A DNA stretch of 64,000 nt from Eledone cirrhosa (GCA_964016885.1 OZ024742.1:82460001-82524000); one strand, 5' to 3'. Shown: positions 1 to 14,035, numbered from the stretch's first letter. Numbers and translations: made by a program. Notes: a model not told the origin generated them from the letters alone.

Positions 1-1165
1 CGGGAACTCTGAGATGGAATGTTGCTGAACAAAAAGAAATGGATAGGAAGACTAGGAAGCTATTGACTATCTACAACATGTTCCACAAGAGGAGTGATGT
101 CGATAGACTCTACCTAAGGAGATCTGAGGGTGGAAGAGGTCTTATAAGCATAGAGGACTGTGTTCAGATGGAGAAAAACAACCTATACAAATACGTGACC
201 TATAGTAAGGAGCCAATGCTCAGAACTGTACTGAAGGAGGGGACAGTAGGCCAGGGGATGTCCAAGGAGGAAATAACATCAAGGAGGAAGAGCAGCCTTA
301 AGGGAAAATCCCTTCATAGTACCTTCTTTGAGAAAACTGAATTTAGAGATCCACAGACATGGAACTGGTTGAGAAGAGGAGACCTCAAAAAGGCTACAGA
401 AGGAATGCTAATGGCTGCGCAGGAGCAGGCCCTCAAAACGAAGTGGTTGAAGCACCATATCTACAAGGAGGAGGCTAGCCCACTGTGCAGGATCTGTGGA
501 GAGAGAGAGGAGACTGTGGCTCACATTGTGTCCGAGTGTAAACACCTAGCCCTGACCCTCTATAAGGGCTGGAGACACGATGTGATGGGCATGGTGATCC
601 ACTGGCACCTGTGCAAAGTAAACAATTTACCACATTCTGAGAAATGGTATGAGCATAGGCCAGAGGCGGTGATGGAGAACAATCAGGTGAAGGTGCTGTG
701 GGATTTTAGGATACAGACGGACAAAAAACTGGAACACAATAGACCTGACCTGGTGGTTGTGGACAAAGAAAAAAGATCGTGCCTGATTGTGGATGTGGCC
801 TGCCCGTTCGACACGAGAGTGCAAGAGAAGGAGAGGGAGAAAATTAACCGATACGAGGACCTAAAGTGGGAGGTGAAAAGGATTTGGAACTGCCATGAAG
901 TCAAAGTGATCCCGATTGTCATAGGCGCACTGGGGACTATCTCCAAAAGTTTCCAGGGAAGGTTAAAGAAAATCGGCCCCTTCACGCTTTTTGGAACGCT
1001 TCAAAAGGCATGCTTGCTTGGAACAGCAAGAACCCTCCGATACGTCCTGAATATCTGAGGCTGCAGGTAGTGGCTTGATATTCAATCCAACGGACTTTCC
1101 AGTTAACCAACATCAATGACTGAGATTCAAGGAATAACAACAACAATAATAATAATAATAATAAT
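1..1165 (+). mobile_element. R4/Dong-clade non-LTR retrotransposon, 3' part (thumb, CCHC knuckle, restriction-like endonuclease), with 3' UTR and (AAC)n(AAT)n tail
   Basis: ORF 39..1058 has LYL.R..GGRGL, CRICGEREETVAHIVSEC (CCHC), RHD, RPDLVVVD..D...P and KE.EK..Y (PD-(D/E)xK RLE) and ends LQKACLLGTA. Tail of AAC/AAT repeats at about 1135-1165. Cut by the window edge. Confidence 0.92.
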
Positions 1166-1409
1166 ATATAAATAGACTGAATTGATGACCCTGTCAAAAT
1201 CAAAAAACAAAAATCAAAATCAAAGCAGCACAGCAACAACGAAAAACGTAAAGAAAAGAAAAATGAAGAGAAAAACAAACAGACGGACAGAGAAGGGAAG
1301 GGAAAAACTAAGTTAGACATTCAAACATTACAGTACAATGAAATTTATGCATATTCTTTTTTGGGTTTTTTTGCCTGTTTGTTTGTTTGTTTATTTATGT
1401 TCGTCTACA

Positions 1410-4400
1410 GCGTGATAATGCCACACAAAAATCACCGGGAGTGACGAAATCACCGGAGGTGATGAAATCACCGGTGGTTATGTAACCATACATTCGCCAA
1501 TCCTCTATAAGAGTGTTTAAATGTCGACACTAAACAGTTCGAATAACGGTGAAATGGAGACTAGAATCTCATGTGACAGACTCTCACCCAACAGGTGCTC
1601 CCTGGCTCAGCAGCAGGGACCTGGCTGTCAAGCAAATACTGCTGGAGTCGGAGGAAGAAGAAGAAGGAAAGTGACCAGAACCAACTGGACGAAAGAATTG
1701 AATAGAACTGTTATGCAATGTTACCTGAAGAGTAACCCCAAGGAGAAAGGCCATAGGAAACGGATGCATAACATCTGGAACGAGATTGGTATATTTAAAT
1801 TAGATGAACAAAAATTGGCCGGGCAGGCTCGGGTAATAAGAACTATTGGGTGGATAAGCGAGCTGGAACTGGAGGAACTGAGCAGAGAGATTAGCTTGCA
1901 AATGGAGAGTGGAGTATGCCAGGCAAACGAGCCAGTGGGAAATGAAGGTGAAGAGGTCGAGAGAATGGAGGAACCACACGAAGCAGACAATGATCTGAAT
2001 GCTGAGATAAATAATACCTGGAACAGAGATACGGCCACTTAGGAGATGAATGCTGATGGGGTAGGACAAGATTTGGTTGATATCCTAAACTTAGTGGTAG
2101 ATGAATTGAACAATGATAGTGGGAAACCTATGAACATAAGATTTGTAGGCAGGAAAAAGTTAAAAGAAACAACAGCTAAGGTAAACAAAGACATCCCATA
2201 CCTTGAGGCGAGAAGCCTTCATCAGTGCAACAATATCCTCAAAGCAACAGCAAATACGGTGAGGAAACTACTTGGTATAAAAGCGAGAGGAAACAACAAA
2301 CAAGAAAGATCAGAGCATTGGTGGAAGAAACGACTGAGTGGTCAAATCAGGGAAATGAGAAATGACATTGGAAAGCTTGAGTCCCTACTGAATGGGACAC
2401 TAAAAAACATAGACACTAAAAATAGACTGGAAATAAAGTACAAAACTAGGAGGAAAAAGCTAACTATTAACATAGAGGAACTGAAGCAACGCGTTGTAGC
2501 AAAGAGTACAAAAATCAGGCGATACGAGAACAGAGTCAGTCAGTATAGACATAACGGCATGTTCGACAACAACCAGAAGATGTAGTTTGGACAGCTTGAA
2601 GGGAAAGAAAGAGGCAACGACTTGATCCCTGAGGCGGAACAAACTAAAACATTCTGGAGAGGAATATGGGAGCAGGATATTAAACATAATGACCAGGCAG
2701 TGGGGATTGAGACAGTACAGAAGGAGATTAGTGAACAGGCACACCAACAAACTGATTTGAGTATCACAGTTGAAACTCTTAAGGGGCAGGCCAAAAAACT
2801 AACCAACTGGAAATCACCAGGCCCAGATGGTGTGCAGGGGCATTGGATTAAAAATATAACATCCCTCCACCCGAAACTGACAACCATGTTCAATGACTGC
2901 TTGATGTCAGGTGAGGTACCAGAGTGGTTGACAAAAGGTACCACAGTTCTGATAATGAAAGACCGAATCAGGGGTAATGATGTTACCAACTATAGACCTA
3001 CCACATGTCTGTCCGTAATGTAGAAACTGTTGACAAGCATTATGTCTGAGGAAATCTACCATCACCTCCACACAAACAACTTGTTACCGGACGAATAGAA
3101 AGGATGCCGAAAGAAGTCACGTGGTACAAAGGACCAGTTACTTATTGATAAGATGGAAATGAGGAATTGTAAGAGGAGACACACTGGTCTTGCCATGGGA
3201 TGGATAGACTACAAACAGGCATTTGACATGGTGCCTCATTCTTGGATCACCAAAAGCCTGGAGATCTTCAAGGTGGCATATAACATCAGACAGTTGTTGG
3301 GCAAAAGTATGAAGTCCTGGGAAATAGAGTTAACATCAACTGGAGAATCCTTGGGAAGCGTGAAGATCAAGAGAGGTATCTTCCAGGGAGATAGTATGTC
3401 CCCTCTGTTGTTTGTCCTTGCCCTGATGCCCCTGACCAATGTACTGCGAAAAGTGAGAGGAGGATACAGGTTGGGAAAGAGAGGGCTTACCATCAATCAC
3501 CTCCTCTTCATGGACGATCTTAAGCTCTTCGGGATGAGTGAGAAGGAGTTGGATGTGCTTGTTGACATTGTCCGTATTTTCAGCAATGATATATGTATAC
3601 AATTTGGTATTAGTAAGTGTGGAGTCCTTGTGATGAAGAGGGGTAAATTGAGCAGAAGTAACGGAATCCATGTACCAACAGGTGAGATGATAAAGGAAAT
3701 TGACTCTGAAGAAGGATACAAGTATTTGGGTGGTCTGGAGGCTGATGACATCAAGAACAAAAAGATGAAGGAATTGATAAGAATGAATACATTCGGGAAG
3801 TAAGGAGCGTATTAAAGTCACATCTGAACAGTAGGAATGCCATAAGTGCAGTAAATTCCCGAGCTGTGTCTATTATTAGGTACAGTGCGGGAATTCTGAG
3901 ATGGAATGTTGCTGAACAAAAATAAATGGATAGGAAGAGTAGGAAGCTATTGACTATCTACAACATGTTTCACAAGAGGAGTGATGTCGATAACTTAAGG
4001 AGATCTGAAGGTGGAAGAGGTCTTATCAGCATAGAGGACTGTGTTCAGATGGAGAAAAACAACCTACACAAATATGTGACTGATAGTAAGGAGCCAATGC
4101 TCAGAACTGTACTGAAGGAGGGGACAATAGACCAGGGGATGTCCAAGGTGGAAGTAACATCAAGGAGAAAGAGCAGCCTTCAGGAAAAATCCCTTCATAG
4201 TACCTTCTTTGAGAAAACTCAATTCAGAGATCCACAGACATGGAACTGGTTGAAAAGAGGAGACCTTAAAAAGGCTACAGAAGGAATGTTAATGGCTGCG
4301 CGGGAGCAGGCCCTCAAAACGAAGTGGTTGAAACACCATATTTACAAGGAGGAGGCTAGCCCACTGTGCAGGATCTGTGGAGAGAGAGAGAGGAGACTGT

Positions 4401-5030
4401 GGCTCACATTGTATCTGAGTGTAAACATCAAGCCCAGACTCACTATAAGGGCTGGAGACATGATGTGATGGGCAAGGTGACCCACTGGCACCTATGCAAA
4501 GTAAATAATTTACCACATTCTGAGAAGTGGTATGAGCATAAGCCAGAGTCGGTGATAGAATACAATCAGCTGAAGGTGCTGTGGGATTTTAGGATACAGA
4601 CGGACAAGAAACTAGAACACAATAGACCTGACCTGGTGGTTGTGGACAAAGAAAAAGATCGTGCCTGATTGTGGATGTGGCCTGCCCATTCGACACGAGA
4701 GTGCAAGAGAAGGAGAGGGAGAAAATTAACCGATACCAGGACTTAAAGTGGGAGGTAAAAAAGATTTGGAACTGCCATGAAGTCAAAGTGGTCCCGATTG
4801 TCATAGGCGCACTAGGTACTATCTCAAAAGGTTTCCAGGGATGGTTAAAGAAAACTGGCCCCTTCACGCTTTTTGGAACGCTTCAAAAGGCATGCTTGCT
4901 GGGAGCAGCAAGAACCCTCCGATACGTTCTGAATATCTGAGGCTGCAGGTAGTGGCTTGATATTCATTTCAACAAACTTTCCAGTTTACCAACATCAATG
5001 ACTGAGACTCAAAGAACAATAATAATTTAA
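1410..5030 (+). mobile_element. Near full-length but disrupted R4/Dong-clade retrotransposon (same family as 1-1165)
   Basis: Collinear ORF pieces 1521-2042, 2046-2585, 2622-3023 (WKSPGPDG, NYRP), 3153-3803 ([37 protein letters not shown]), 3926-4468 and 4671-4940, broken by stops and frameshifts. 3889-5015 is near-identical to 1-1130. Short AAT tail. Confidence 0.93.
1428..1479 (+). repeat. Three ~18-bp tandem units (AAATCACCGGRGGTGAYG) in the 5' UTR of the R4 element
   Basis: aaatcaccgggagtgacg / aaatcaccggaggtgatg / aaatcaccggtggtt, read directly. Confidence 0.75.
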
Positions 5031-5294
5031 TTATTGGCCACACGGGGCGACATCTATTGGACAGTAAAACGGAGGGAGCAGCGGGTGTTTTACAGAAACA
5101 TCGAGTCGAGTAAACAATATTAAAAATAACAATAATGCTCCGTGAGAACCAGAGTAGGGTAGCTCCCTTCTCAGCAAATCAAGCGACCAACAGGGCCACG
5201 GTCATCCTTGCAATGCATCCCAGCAACAAGCACATCGTTCTAGCAAATATACTGAGGGCAGTACGTCCCTCTCCACACTCACCATCCTATCTAA

Positions 5295-7660
5295 GTGAAA
5301 CATGAAAAAGATAATGAGTTATTGGTCGAAGAGAAAAGTGTACGTCTTCAGAAATTTCTGACTCGTCCACCACACAATCTCATTCGCTACAGCCATCAAT
5401 CGGAGGAAAACCTCCTGCCTTTCCTGACCAAAAGCGGATGCTTGAAGCGGAAAGCTCTCGGCCGAGAGGATTTGCAACGATTCGCTTTGGGAAAAGCTGA
5501 GGTCCAATGATAGGAGTATTGCTGAGCAACTGAATATGATCTTGAATGGAGAAGAGAAGTTGCCAGAATGGCTTACTTTTGGGAGAACGATATTGTGTTT
5601 GAAGGACACCAGCAAGGAAAATGCAGTTGACAACTTTAGACATAGCTCTTTCATCCCTATTATGTGGAAACATATGACTGGCGTCTTTTCTCTTTCCTGA
5701 AGCAATATATGAATACCTAGATGAGAGACTACCTGCAAAGCTAAAGGTATGAAGCAGAAGAATCAAGGGGATTAAGAATCACTTGTTGATTGATAAAGTG
5801 ATCCCTAAATATTGTAAAAGGATATACACAAATATTTCTATGGCTTGGATCGATTACTGCAAGGCCTACGACATTGGTGCCACATAGTTGGATAGTTGAA
5901 AGGTTGGAAATGTTTGGTGTTGCAGCTAACGTTAAACAGTTTCTCGTGAGCAGTATGGATGGCTGAAGACTGAGCTGACATCACGTAGACAAGCATTGGG
6001 AATTTTGAAGATATAGAATATTTCATATAAATATAGAATATTTCAGGGAGGCCATAGTCTTTCACCATTACTAGTTGTAGTGTGTATGGGTTCACTTCCA
6101 AATGTGTTGAGAATACCAATTGCTCGTTACGAATAGGGAGGAAGCGAATTTAAGATAAACAAACTCCAATTCATGGATGACCTAAACCTTTATCGGAAAC
6201 CCTATGAAAGTATTGGTTCCATGGTACAGATAGTTCATACATTCAGTATGGACAAAATAATAGAATTTAGCATAAAACAAGTGTTGGTTGCTGCAACTGA
6301 AGCAGGGTAGAATTAATAAAATGGAAATAATTGAATTACCAGAAGAAAACTGTTGACAGCGGGTATAAGTACTTAGGCAACTTGGAAACAAGTCAAATAA
6401 AAGAGAAGCTAATGAAAGAACTATTATCACATGTATATAAACGGAGACTGAAATTGGTGTTAAATACGAATTTAAGTGGCCGTAATAAGATATTGGTTAC
6501 CGACACATGGGCTGTTTCAGTGCTAAGGTATAGAGCCAGTGGGATAAAGTGCAGATGTGTTGAACTTAAGGAGCTTGATAGAAACACCAGGAAAATGAGG
6601 ACATTACATGGGGCTCTACACTCCAAATGTGACGTGGAGAGGTTGTATCTATCATGTCAGAGACGAGGAAGAGGTCTCATTAGCTATGAGATGTGTGTGA
6701 AGTCGCAGGAAAATAATATGGCATGGTATTTAAAGAATTCGTAAGAGAGATTGATGGCAGGAGTAAGAAAGTTAAAGGTCATAACCAGAGATAAAGCAAA
6801 TGAAAAGGGAGAATTTAAACGAGACAGACAGAATTACACATTAAATAATTGAACGAAAAAAGGTATGGTCAATTCGTACAAGGAATGCCTGAGACAGGTG
6901 ACAACGATAGGAACTGGGAATGGACTAGTAAGTGTAACAGGAACTGAAATCGAACTATATAAAGTTCAATATAGACAAGTGAGTGAATTTCCCACTTTGT
7001 TAGCTGTGTGGTGAATTATATGAGGTAGTGAATGTAATAATATTGCTCAGAAGGAGTACAAGAGAGGACACGACAATATTTCCATATTTGAAACATTTGA
7101 AACTCTGTCATTATGAAATGAGCCGAAGTGAGAAATGGTATGAACATCAACCCGGAAGTGTGACTGAAAATGAACAGTATGAGATGTTGTAGGACATATC
7201 CAACCATTGCGACCATTTTATCGTGACTAGAAAGCATGACATTGTTGTAGAAAAGAAAAATATCAAGTCATATATTGTGGATATTGCTTCACCGTAGGAC
7301 CACAGGGTGAATGAGAAGAAAAGTGAGAAAGTTGAGAAATACCAGGAGCTAAAGTGAGAAACCAAGAGACTGGAGAATCAGACACATTGAAATGGTAACG
7401 ATTGTGGTTGTCGCAATGGTAGCAGATAGTAGAAGGTTGGATGCATGCTTAAGGAGCTAGGAATTACCATCAGAAAAGGATAAAACCGAAAAGCATAAAA
7501 CAGCCTAGCTGTGAACAGCAAGAATTCTGAGAAGAGTGTTGGAATCTTGAAGTAGAAGGAATAAACCGAAGGACCTATGGCTATTGGCTATAGCTCGCTG
7601 TGTTGGTATAGTGTCGGTATAACATCTACCAGAACCAACGCGTTAGGAATAATAACAACA
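5295..7660 (+). mobile_element. Older, heavily decayed R4/Dong-type retrotransposon of a different subfamily
   Basis: Residual motifs MAWIDYCKAYD (~5839), FMDDL (~6170), GYKYLG..YKRRLKLVL..LSGRNK..DRNTRK..LYL...GRGL (ORF 6331-6744), KWYEH.P and IVDIA.P, ending in an AATAATAAC tail near 7647. Confidence 0.82.
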
Positions 7661-8605
7661 TTACCAAGATTAATGCCGCTGCCACTGCAGTTGCTAATTT
7701 TGATTATGATGACGTCACTGCTACTACTGCTGGTGGTCCCTTTGTATATAATGGGCAAAACGATGATGATTTATCAATTTTTATCAAGAACGGGCAAATA
7801 GATATGGGATGCCTTTCATACACCTAGTCGAACTGACATTTAGAATTTCCAAGTTGAAATGGGTCTGTAATTTTATAGAAGCTTAACGACATCTGAAACT
7901 GTTCCTTAAAGGTTGGTACTTCTCGTAACCATCAATTAGTCCAAATGGCTAGAAACATTTGAGATTTGGGAGTAATCTAATAGATTGTCTATATAATACA
8001 AGCAATATAATATTGATATCTTGAGTGAGGCTAAATCTCGATTCGTAGAAATTTGCACCCCATTCTTTGATCACAGTATATCATAACTAAATAATTATGC
8101 AAGGCAGAATAAGTGTTATTTTCGTTACTTCAGTTATTCCTGACCAACACATGTGGCTTAATAGATTCCTGTGTCCAATGGTGTGTATCATTAGTTCGAA
8201 AGATAGATATTATTCTATTTTAAGTATAGAGACAATTATCAGCCGCTATCAAGAACTTTGAACTTCAGAAATCGATCAATTGTTTTCCTATTAAAGGGGT
8301 TATTAGGAATTTCTGGAGCAAATAAAACCGCAATAAAATTGGTGTTGTTTCATTCATGGGCCTTCTTCTGTTCACATACTACATCATAATTGCTCTTTGA
8401 CTCGGAACAAAGGACAAATAATTCACTTATTCCACGAAATATTTTGATGAACATTAAAATAATTTAAAGTCTGCGCTTTCTCTAATAAACATTTTATACG
8501 CTATGGAAACATCATTTGAATACAAATTATAGATTAACAATGATACAATTCAAGCATTCGAATAGGAATAAATGTGAAGGTATTTACGGTGTGTATTTAT
8601 ATAAT

Positions 8606-8732
<127 letters not shown>

Positions 8733-8797
8733 GTATATCAATGTATACACTGATGTGAGCATACACGCGTACACACACACACACACATATATATATA

Positions 8798-9191
8798 CGA
8801 GGGTAATCCCCAAAGTAAGGTCTCCAAAGCGATGGGAACGACATAGAAACTGTTCGTACGGCTGTTGGCACCACTGTTGTGATTGGTGCTTCCTTCACTC
8901 CCAAACAAGCATGCGGGCGCTTCGCTGGGATGTTCAATATTGGCTTGGCAGCCGCTGGGAATCGAGCTCCCGTCGAACGCTACCGCCTAGTGCGAATCTC
9001 GCGCAATTATTATATACGAGGGCAATCCCAAAAGTAAGATCTCCTTCCGAGGAAAACATGCGTAAAGATAGACGGAACACTCTGGATGTTCTCTGCATTT
9101 TGGTTCATGAGGTTTCCCGAAGCACCATCCACAGGATTTCATGGAAAAGTTGCAATATCGGAAGGAGACCTTACTTTGGGGATTGCCCTCG
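8798..9191. mobile_element. Nested mariner-type MITE: complete 175-bp MITE (9017-9191) plus an extra left TIR at 8798-8825
   Basis: TA|CGAGGGCAATCCCAAAAGTAAGATCTCCTTCCGA at 9017 pairs with TCGGAAGGAGACCTTACTTTGGGGATTGCCCTCG|TA ending at 9191. A related TA|CGAGGGTAATCCCCAAAGTAAGGTCTCC starts at 8798. TA target sites and CGAGGG termini are typical of mariners. Confidence 0.85.
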
Positions 9192-9193
9192 TA

Positions 9194-9263
<70 letters not shown>

Positions 9264-9402
9264 TGAAAAAGAACAAATCAACTATTATGACATTATAACA
9301 AGTTTATTGCCGACAGCCGTTTCGTCCGACCACATGGTGGGACTTTTCAAGGCATATAACATGTGATTGTAAGATCATTATTTACATCAACGTATCACTC
9401 AA

Positions 9403-10140
9403 GCCTTTTCTGAGAGAATTATAGAAGGCTCTTTGAATTAACCTTTAATTGATTAGTTTCTTTCAACTTAGAAGGGAATATCAAAACTTCGTAAGTTTTC
9501 TGAAATTTGTAAACGTGATCTCGGAGGAAGGTTTTTTTCTTTCGGAAAAAAATTTTTTTCTCTAGAAGGAATTTCATAGGAAACTTTATATATTTTTTAG
9601 GGAAACTTTATATTTTTATTTTTTATTTTATTAGCATCTTAATTTCTTCTAGTCTAGTAGGTTTATTGGAGCCTGTAAGCTCTATGCACTTATTGAGGGA
9701 TTTTCTAAGGTGCTTCTTCGGGACCCCAAGTCTTTTAGTTTACTGTTAATGCGTAAATTATATATTATCTAATTTTTAAACTTCAATCCCTGACCCCGAC
9801 AACTAATATAAAAGAGCCCCCTTAGAATATAGACCCCAAATATACAAGCGGAGTTGCTGATAGATACCACAATTTCAAACTGCTAGCCTTGAGTGATACG
9901 TTCATGTAAATAATGATCTTACAATCACATGTTATATGCCTTGAAAAGTCCCACCATATGGTCGGACGAAACGGCTGTCGGCAATAAACTTGTTATAATG
10001 TCATAATAGTTCATTTGTTCTTTTTAACTAATATTTCTGCTCTGCGTATACGCATAGAGCTTAACTAGCTACGGTCACATATTTGGTAGGTCAGACGTGA
10101 TCATCGCGATTCACATACGACCTAACATACATCTTACTTA
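9403..10140 (+). repeat. 5' pseudo-LTR of PLE 1
   Basis: Near-identical to 14914-15653. Confidence 0.92.
9936..9985 (+). ncRNA. Minimal type I hammerhead ribozyme (C3U/G8A variant) in the PLE 1 pLTR; copies at ~15450-15497 (+) and ~9307-9355 (-)
   Basis: TGCC-TTGAAAA-GTCC(..)GGAC-GAAAC-GGCT-GTC-GGCA: stem I TGCC/GGCA, stem II GTCC/GGAC, quasi-palindromic helix III, GUC cleavage triplet, followed by AATAAA. Confidence 0.8.
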
Positions 10141-10145
10141 TTTAG
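10086..10145 (+). other. Putative 60-nt spliceosomal intron at the pLTR/ORF boundary of PLE 1
   Basis: Donor G|GTAGGT at 10086, branch-like CCTAAC at 10121 and acceptor TTTAG at 10141-10145, followed by the conserved PLE N-terminus (LN-SLKNTP). PLEs are known to retain introns. Confidence 0.6.
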
Positions 10146-12826
10146 CTCCCTCCGGTAGAGCTTAACCTTCACTGAAAAACACACCGCCCTGGGGTGGCTT
10201 TTCAATAAACTGACAGTATGCTGACAAAGGACCATCTTCCGTTATCACTTAGGGGTACTTATGAAAAGCAAGGGGTACGTTATCACCAAGGGGTACTTAT
10301 GAAAAGCAGCTTATAACCAGCGTTAACTCGTTTGTAAGGAGAATAAGATGGCGCACATTTCACTTCGATAGGCGCCGTAGCGCCCCACTAGAGAGTCCAT
10401 CGAATAATAAGTATGGATTTAGGACATTTAGGAGCCCGCCCCATAACCCTCTACTCGATAAATTTGAGAGTGACCTATTATCTCTCGTCCGGTCTATTAG
10501 ATATAAAAGGAAAAATAGTAAGCGTAGCGGCTTCCAAACAAAGTTAGAATCACTAGTTAAATCTTTTAAGGACAGAAAGTGTATACTCGTACCCTCGGAC
10601 AAGACTAGGAATATGTACAACCTGAGTTATGAAGAATACCGCGGTTTCATATACAATGAGCTACATAAAAACTATAAAAAAAACCACTGTAGCCAACCTA
10701 GATGAGATTAACAGGGAGGCTAAAGTGATAGTAACGAAGCTAGGATTAGAGAAATGCACACAACCTTATACCCCCCGACAACCAAGGTTCACATTGAAAG
10801 ATCATAAGGAGGACTTTGTAAGTAGCCCCTCTGTCAGGCTCATTAGCCCCTCTAAATCTGACATAGGGATTATAAGTAAAAAAATAGTATAGTAAATCAT
10901 ACCGAAAGTTAAAGACAGGATTAGCCTGGACCTATGGGGAAACACTGCAGAAGTGATAAAGTGGCTCTCAAGCATTACCAACCACAAATCACTACGCTTC
11001 ATCCAGTTCGATATAGACTCCTACTATACGTCTATATACCCCATACTACTAAATAAGGCGCTCATGATGGCAATGCGGACGGGCGGACTCGCTAGATCCC
11101 AGATTGACATAGTCCTTGCCGCTCGTAAAACAATTATCACATTTGAGGATTAATTGTGGAATCGCAAGAACACTCGTAACAATTTCGACATCACTATGGG
11201 GTCTAGCGACTCAGCGCAGGTGACAGACCTCGTCGGATTGTACTTGCTCAAGGAGCTCAACGAGCAGCTCCCACACCTCAGAGGTGTGCTGTACCGTGAC
11301 GACGCATTGCTTACTGTGGACTTTAAACGGCACAACCTAGAAAGAACTAGAAAGGACCTTTATAAATTCTTCAAGAATTTTAACCTATCAATGACTAGGG
11401 ATAGAAATAGTAAGGTAGTCAACTTTCTAGATGCCACACTAGACCTAGATAAGTTAGAATATGCACCGTACCATAAACCTAACGAAAGGCTGACATACGT
11501 CAATGCCAGCTCCAACCACCCAGGCTCAGTCCTCAAAGCAATAGTTAAAGGAGTATCTAGTAGGATTAGCGGACTATCTAGCAGCGTGACCGCATTTGAA
11601 GCGAACGCGGAATATTACAATAAGGCGCTAGCTGGGTCAGGGCATACAGATAAACTCCATTATGTTGAGACAGGCGGCACCACCCGCCACCCCAATCCAG
11701 CACTGTAATCACGCACAATATGTCCATGGGAGTTGGAAGGAGAGCTAGAAAGACGAATAGGGACAATAGGAAGTTAGATAAGAACAACAACACTCGCAAC
11801 GCAGACACGGACAGGGCCCACACGCCTGGTAAGCGCTATGCCGCCCGGAGCAAGTCCAACAGTGAAAACGGGGGACAGAGGCCTAGGAGACTCGAGACGA
11901 ACGCACATACCACTGGGAGCACAGCAACCACACCTGGTAGAACCCGTAATAATATAGACGAAGAGAGGGTAAGCAGCATAGGGGATAGGAAACGCAGTGG
12001 AAGGAATAGAAGACGTGATAGTACCTTCTTTAACCCGCCCTTCAACTCTAACGTTATTACAGACCTCCCCAAATCTTTTTTCTCTCTAATAGATAAGAAC
12101 TTCCCCCCGGGTAGTAGGTACGGTAGTGTCATCAATAAGAATACTATCAAGCTATCGTACTCTACAACCCCTAATCTGGCCTCACACCTAGCTAAAACCA
12201 ATAAGAGTAAGATTAAAGAGGGATTTAAGGCCATCCGAAATAGTGAACCACGCCAGTACACACGACAACACGGGACCAACCCACTGAGTGAAAAACCCAG
12301 GGGGATAATAGGCAATAGAACCGGTCCCACTAGGCAGCCCCGCGGCCGCTTGGAGGGACATGCACCCCTGATTGAGGAGTATGACCCTACTAAAAAGTGT
12401 AATTGCAGAAGGAAGGACAAATGCCCACTAGCTGGACACTGCCTTATTAGGAACGTGGTATATGCTTGTAACGAAACGACAGGCACGTATACTAAGACGT
12501 ATGTGGGATCAACCGCTAACGAGTTCAAGACGAGGTTTAACGCCCACCAGCATAGCTTACGATATGAGAAGCTTAAAAATACCACGTCGTTAGCGGGGCA
12601 TATACATAGCTTAAAACAAACAAAAACCCCCTACACACTAAGCTGGAGATGCCTTACTAAAGCTCCTCTATATAGCTCGTTGAGCAGGTGTTGTAGCCTG
12701 TGCCTATTTGAATCTCATGCCATAGTATTCTCAGGACTCAACTTGCTCAACAAGAGATCAGAAATCTTCTCGTCCTGCCCCCATACCATACTTAGCTCTT
12801 TCTTTTTCTCCAGACCGGACACATAG
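10146..12826 (+). pseudogene. PLE reverse transcriptase + GIY-YIG endonuclease, disrupted by stops and frameshifts
   Basis: N-terminal SLKNTP..YEKQLI..RRIRWR..YGFRT..PP..FESDL. RT motifs TLKDHKEDF..VRLISPSKSDIG, FIQFDIDSYY, FDITMGSSDSAQVTDLVG, LYRDD, VNFLDATLDL, YVNASSNHP. Linker FNPPFN..IKLSYSTTPN, CNCRRKDKCPLAGHC. GIY-YIG VVY..YVGST..FKTRF..H and a CSLC..E..CPH tail. Confidence 0.93.
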
Positions 12827-14035
12827 CCCTGACACAACCTAGTCCTGCACTTGGCGGCCCCGCTGGCGAACAGGGTGCTCTTTAGTAACCCCGGCCGCAT
12901 GGATGCCTCGGCTCCCCGATTGGCGATGGGGACTCTGGTGAGGAACAGACGACCCTGTGTCCCACTTGCCAACCTGGGATTGGTGGCAACATTGTTGCTG
13001 GGCACCCTGGGGGCAGCTGATGCCTGCGGTGTGGGACATTGTGAGTGCCTGGAACCACGTTGACTAATCTGGGAACGTGCCGTCGGAGATGTATGCAACA
13101 AACTCGAGAACATGCCCAGGGAAACAGTAACAAAACACCCAATATGGCGGCCGCTCCCTACCTATAGCCACTCACCCCCACCCCCTCCCTTAGTAAACCC
13201 CCGCCCAAATAGATGCCCCTCCCCATTCTTTTGAGTTGGTTCTATATTATCAGTGATTAGTTCTTTACTAATAGGAATTTTTTGTATTTTACCACAGTCG
13301 ACTTAATGGGTTTGGAGAGTTGACTCCCTTGAAGTCTGACCACTCGATAAATTAGGGGTTGTGCCCCTTGAACAGGGGTGTGTATAGCTGGTCTGCCTGC
13401 TGTCTGCTACTACCCGAGACTGGACACGGTCGTAGCCACAGGCCAGCGCGTGCGCGATAGCATAGAATGTATATGTTCTGCTAGTCACCCCGTGTAATAC
13501 GATACCCTAAGATTCCATGCATGAGATTCACCGAAGCATGCGCAGTCTTAACCGGGAGATAACATGCAAACTTGAAAATACCACAAGCGAGACCCTCTGG
13601 ATAACATAGACGCCGGACCATACCCGCAAATATATACCCTGATCTTTCTTGAATATAGAGGGCTGACGGAATATGGATAACACTGCCACCATCTAAGCTG
13701 GGACCGACCCATACAGCAAACAAAGAGGGGACAGCCCTTCGCTTTTGACCCGTCGCGTGTGGGCTTGGAGTTCGTAATATACCACCCCAGTCAAATCCAC
13801 ACTGGTTTTGTTAACAATATAGCATGTAGACCAATACATCCTACGTAGCGAGACCTTGGACTTAGAACCGGCAGGCTGGTCTATCGCGAAAGCGTACAAC
13901 CCCTGAAACTAAAAGATCGAACGGACCACATCCAGCAACCACTGGCTATTAGATCCACAGGTACATCTCCCAGAGAGTCCACGCAGCTGATAGTGAATCC
14001 CAGTTGATCCATGAACTTTTCAACAAGACCGGCTG

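Noticed and set aside
11836-12585. 249-aa antisense ORF
   Set aside because: It is the shadow of the GIY-YIG coding strand and has no recognisable motifs.
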